This document shows positions 62,698 to 64,000 of a DNA stretch of 64,000 nt, one piece after another. The stretch spans positions 448,977 through 512,976 of the forward strand of contig CAWCZC010000005.1 of assembly GCA_963799985.1 (NCBI GenBank), given 5' to 3'. Under the pieces are notes generated by a model. That model saw nothing but the letters and a program-made list of their open reading frames with translations. It was not told the origin of the DNA and did no database searches. The position numbers and the translations under genes are program-made. Each line of letters opens with the position of its first letter. Position 1 is the first letter of the stretch. The stretch comes from an uncultured Alphaproteobacteria bacterium. GTDB taxonomy: Bacteria; Pseudomonadota; Alphaproteobacteria; Sphingomonadales; Sphingomonadaceae.

Positions 62698-64000
62698 GTG
62701 GCCGCGCAATACGCCTTTGTCATGAAGGACATGACCAAGACCTTCCCCGGTGCCCCCAAGCCGGTGCTGAGCAACATCAACCTGCAATTCTATCAGGGCG
62801 CCAAGATCGGCATCGTCGGGCCCAACGGCGCCGGCAAATCGACGCTGATGAAGATCATGGCGGGGGTCGACACCGAATATTCGGGCGAGGCCTGGCCGGG
62901 CGAGAACATCACCGTCGGCTATCTGGAGCAGGAGCCGCAGCTCGATCCGACCAAGAACGTCCTGGAAAACGTCAAGCAAGGCGCACGCGAGACCGCCGAT
63001 CTGGTCGATCGCTTCAACGCGATCTCGGCCGAGATGGGCGATCCGAAGGACGATACCGATTTCGACGCGCTGATGGAGGAAATGGGCGAGCTCCAGGCCA
63101 AGATCGACGCGGTCGACGGTTGGAGCCTCGACAACCAGCTCGAGATCGCGATGGAAGCGCTGCGCTGCCCGCCGGGCAATTCGCCGGTCGACAATCTCTC
63201 GGGCGGCGAAAAGCGCCGGGTCGCGCTCACTCGGCTGCTGATCCAGAAGCCGTCGATCCTGCTGCTCGACGAACCGACCAACCATCTCGATGCCGAGAGC
63301 GTGGACTGGCTGGAGAACCACCTCAAGGAATATGCCGGCGCGGTGCTGATGATCACCCATGACCGCTACTTCCTCGACAATGTCGTCGGCTGGATCCTCG
63401 AGATCGATCGCGGGAAATATTTCCCGTACGAAGGCAATTATTCGACCTACCTGGAAAAGAAGGCGAAGCGGCTTGAGCAGGAGGATCGCGAATCCTCGGG
63501 CCGGCAGAAGGCGATCAAGGACGAGCTCGAATGGATTCGGCAGGGCCCCAAGGCCCGCCAAACCAAGTCCAAGGCGCGCATCGCCAAGTTCGACCAGCTC
63601 GTCGCCAGCCAGGAAAACCGCAAGCCGAGTGGCGCTCAGATCGTCATCCAGGTGCCCGAGCGCCTCGGCGGCAAGGTAATCGAGGTCGAGAACCTCTCCA
63701 AGGCCTATGGCGACAAATTGTTGTTCGAGGACCTCTCGTTCACGCTGCCCGCCGGCGGCATCGTCGGCGTGATCGGCCCGAACGGCGCCGGAAAATCGAC
63801 GCTGTTCAAGCTCCTCACCGGCCAGGAATCCCCGGATTCGGGCACGATCGACATCGGCACCACGGTGCGCCTCGGCTATGTCGACCAGAGCCGCGACGAT
63901 CTCGATCCCAAGCACAACGTGTGGGAAGAGATTTCGGACGGCCTCGACTATGTGAAGGTCAACGGCCACGACATGTCGACCCGTGCCTATGTCGGCGCGT
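62698..64000 (+). CDS. ettA: Energy-dependent translational throttle ABC-F protein (3'-partial)
   Basis: Absent from the ORF track because there is no stop. MAAQYAFVMK...GPNGAGKST, LSGGEKRRV, LLLDEPTNHLD, second GPNGAGKST. Confidence 0.95.
   Translation, partial: MAAQYAFVMKDMTKTFPGAPKPVLSNINLQFYQGAKIGIVGPNGAGKSTLMKIMAGVDTEYSGEAWPGENITVGYLEQEPQLDPTKNVLENVKQGARETADLVDRFNAISAEMGDPKDDTDFDALMEEMGELQAKIDAVDGWSLDNQLEIAMEALRCPPGNSPVDNLSGGEKRRVALTRLLIQKPSILLLDEPTNHLDAESVDWLENHLKEYAGAVLMITHDRYFLDNVVGWILEIDRGKYFPYEGNYSTYLEKKAKRLEQEDRESSGRQKAIKDELEWIRQGPKARQTKSKARIAKFDQLVASQENRKPSGAQIVIQVPERLGGKVIEVENLSKAYGDKLLFEDLSFTLPAGGIVGVIGPNGAGKSTLFKLLTGQESPDSGTIDIGTTVRLGYVDQSRDDLDPKHNVWEEISDGLDYVKVNGHDMSTRAYVGA

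Overview
High-GC alphaproteobacterial chromosome segment; gene content and order fit Sphingomonas/Sphingomonadaceae. In order: (i) a decayed TRAFAC-GTPase plus membrane-partner operon at the left edge; (ii) a core block with pdhA, pdhB, a TadG/TadE/TadE cluster, a phytoene-synthase-like gene, EF-hand, trmFO, YhhN, DUF488, VOC, DUF952, gyrA, a TPR-like protein, Lrp, a PleC/DivJ-like kinase with a degenerate ATP domain, and a WalW-like deacetylase; (iii) a ~5.8 kb lower-GC decayed integrative element at the 3' end of tRNA-Ile2(CAT), just before tRNA-Pro(TGG), bounded by an 8-bp CCACCAGC direct repeat; (iv) a GlcNAc/chito-oligosaccharide locus (TBDR, GH20, PTS nagF/nagE, nagQ, nagB-II, nagA); (v) a LacI-operator-marked beta-glucan locus (cupin, Trp-halogenase-like, TBDR, GH43, GH144, GH3) followed by MFS and GH31; (vi) lldD, an orphan MbtH, an M28 peptidase and ettA (partial). 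The element's serine recombinase, mobC and an IS3 are broken. Its att site lies inside the recombinase gene, so integration swaps the C-terminal tail. It carries an intact three-gene operon: AlaX tRNA deacylase, a DAP-decarboxylase-fold protein lacking the PLP lysine, and a metallophosphoesterase with an unknown C-terminal domain. This operon is the best candidate for an undescribed system. Many single-base indels in housekeeping genes suggest sequencing or assembly error, so pseudogene calls and single-codon observations need read-level confirmation. All family calls come from motif recognition by eye; no searches were run.
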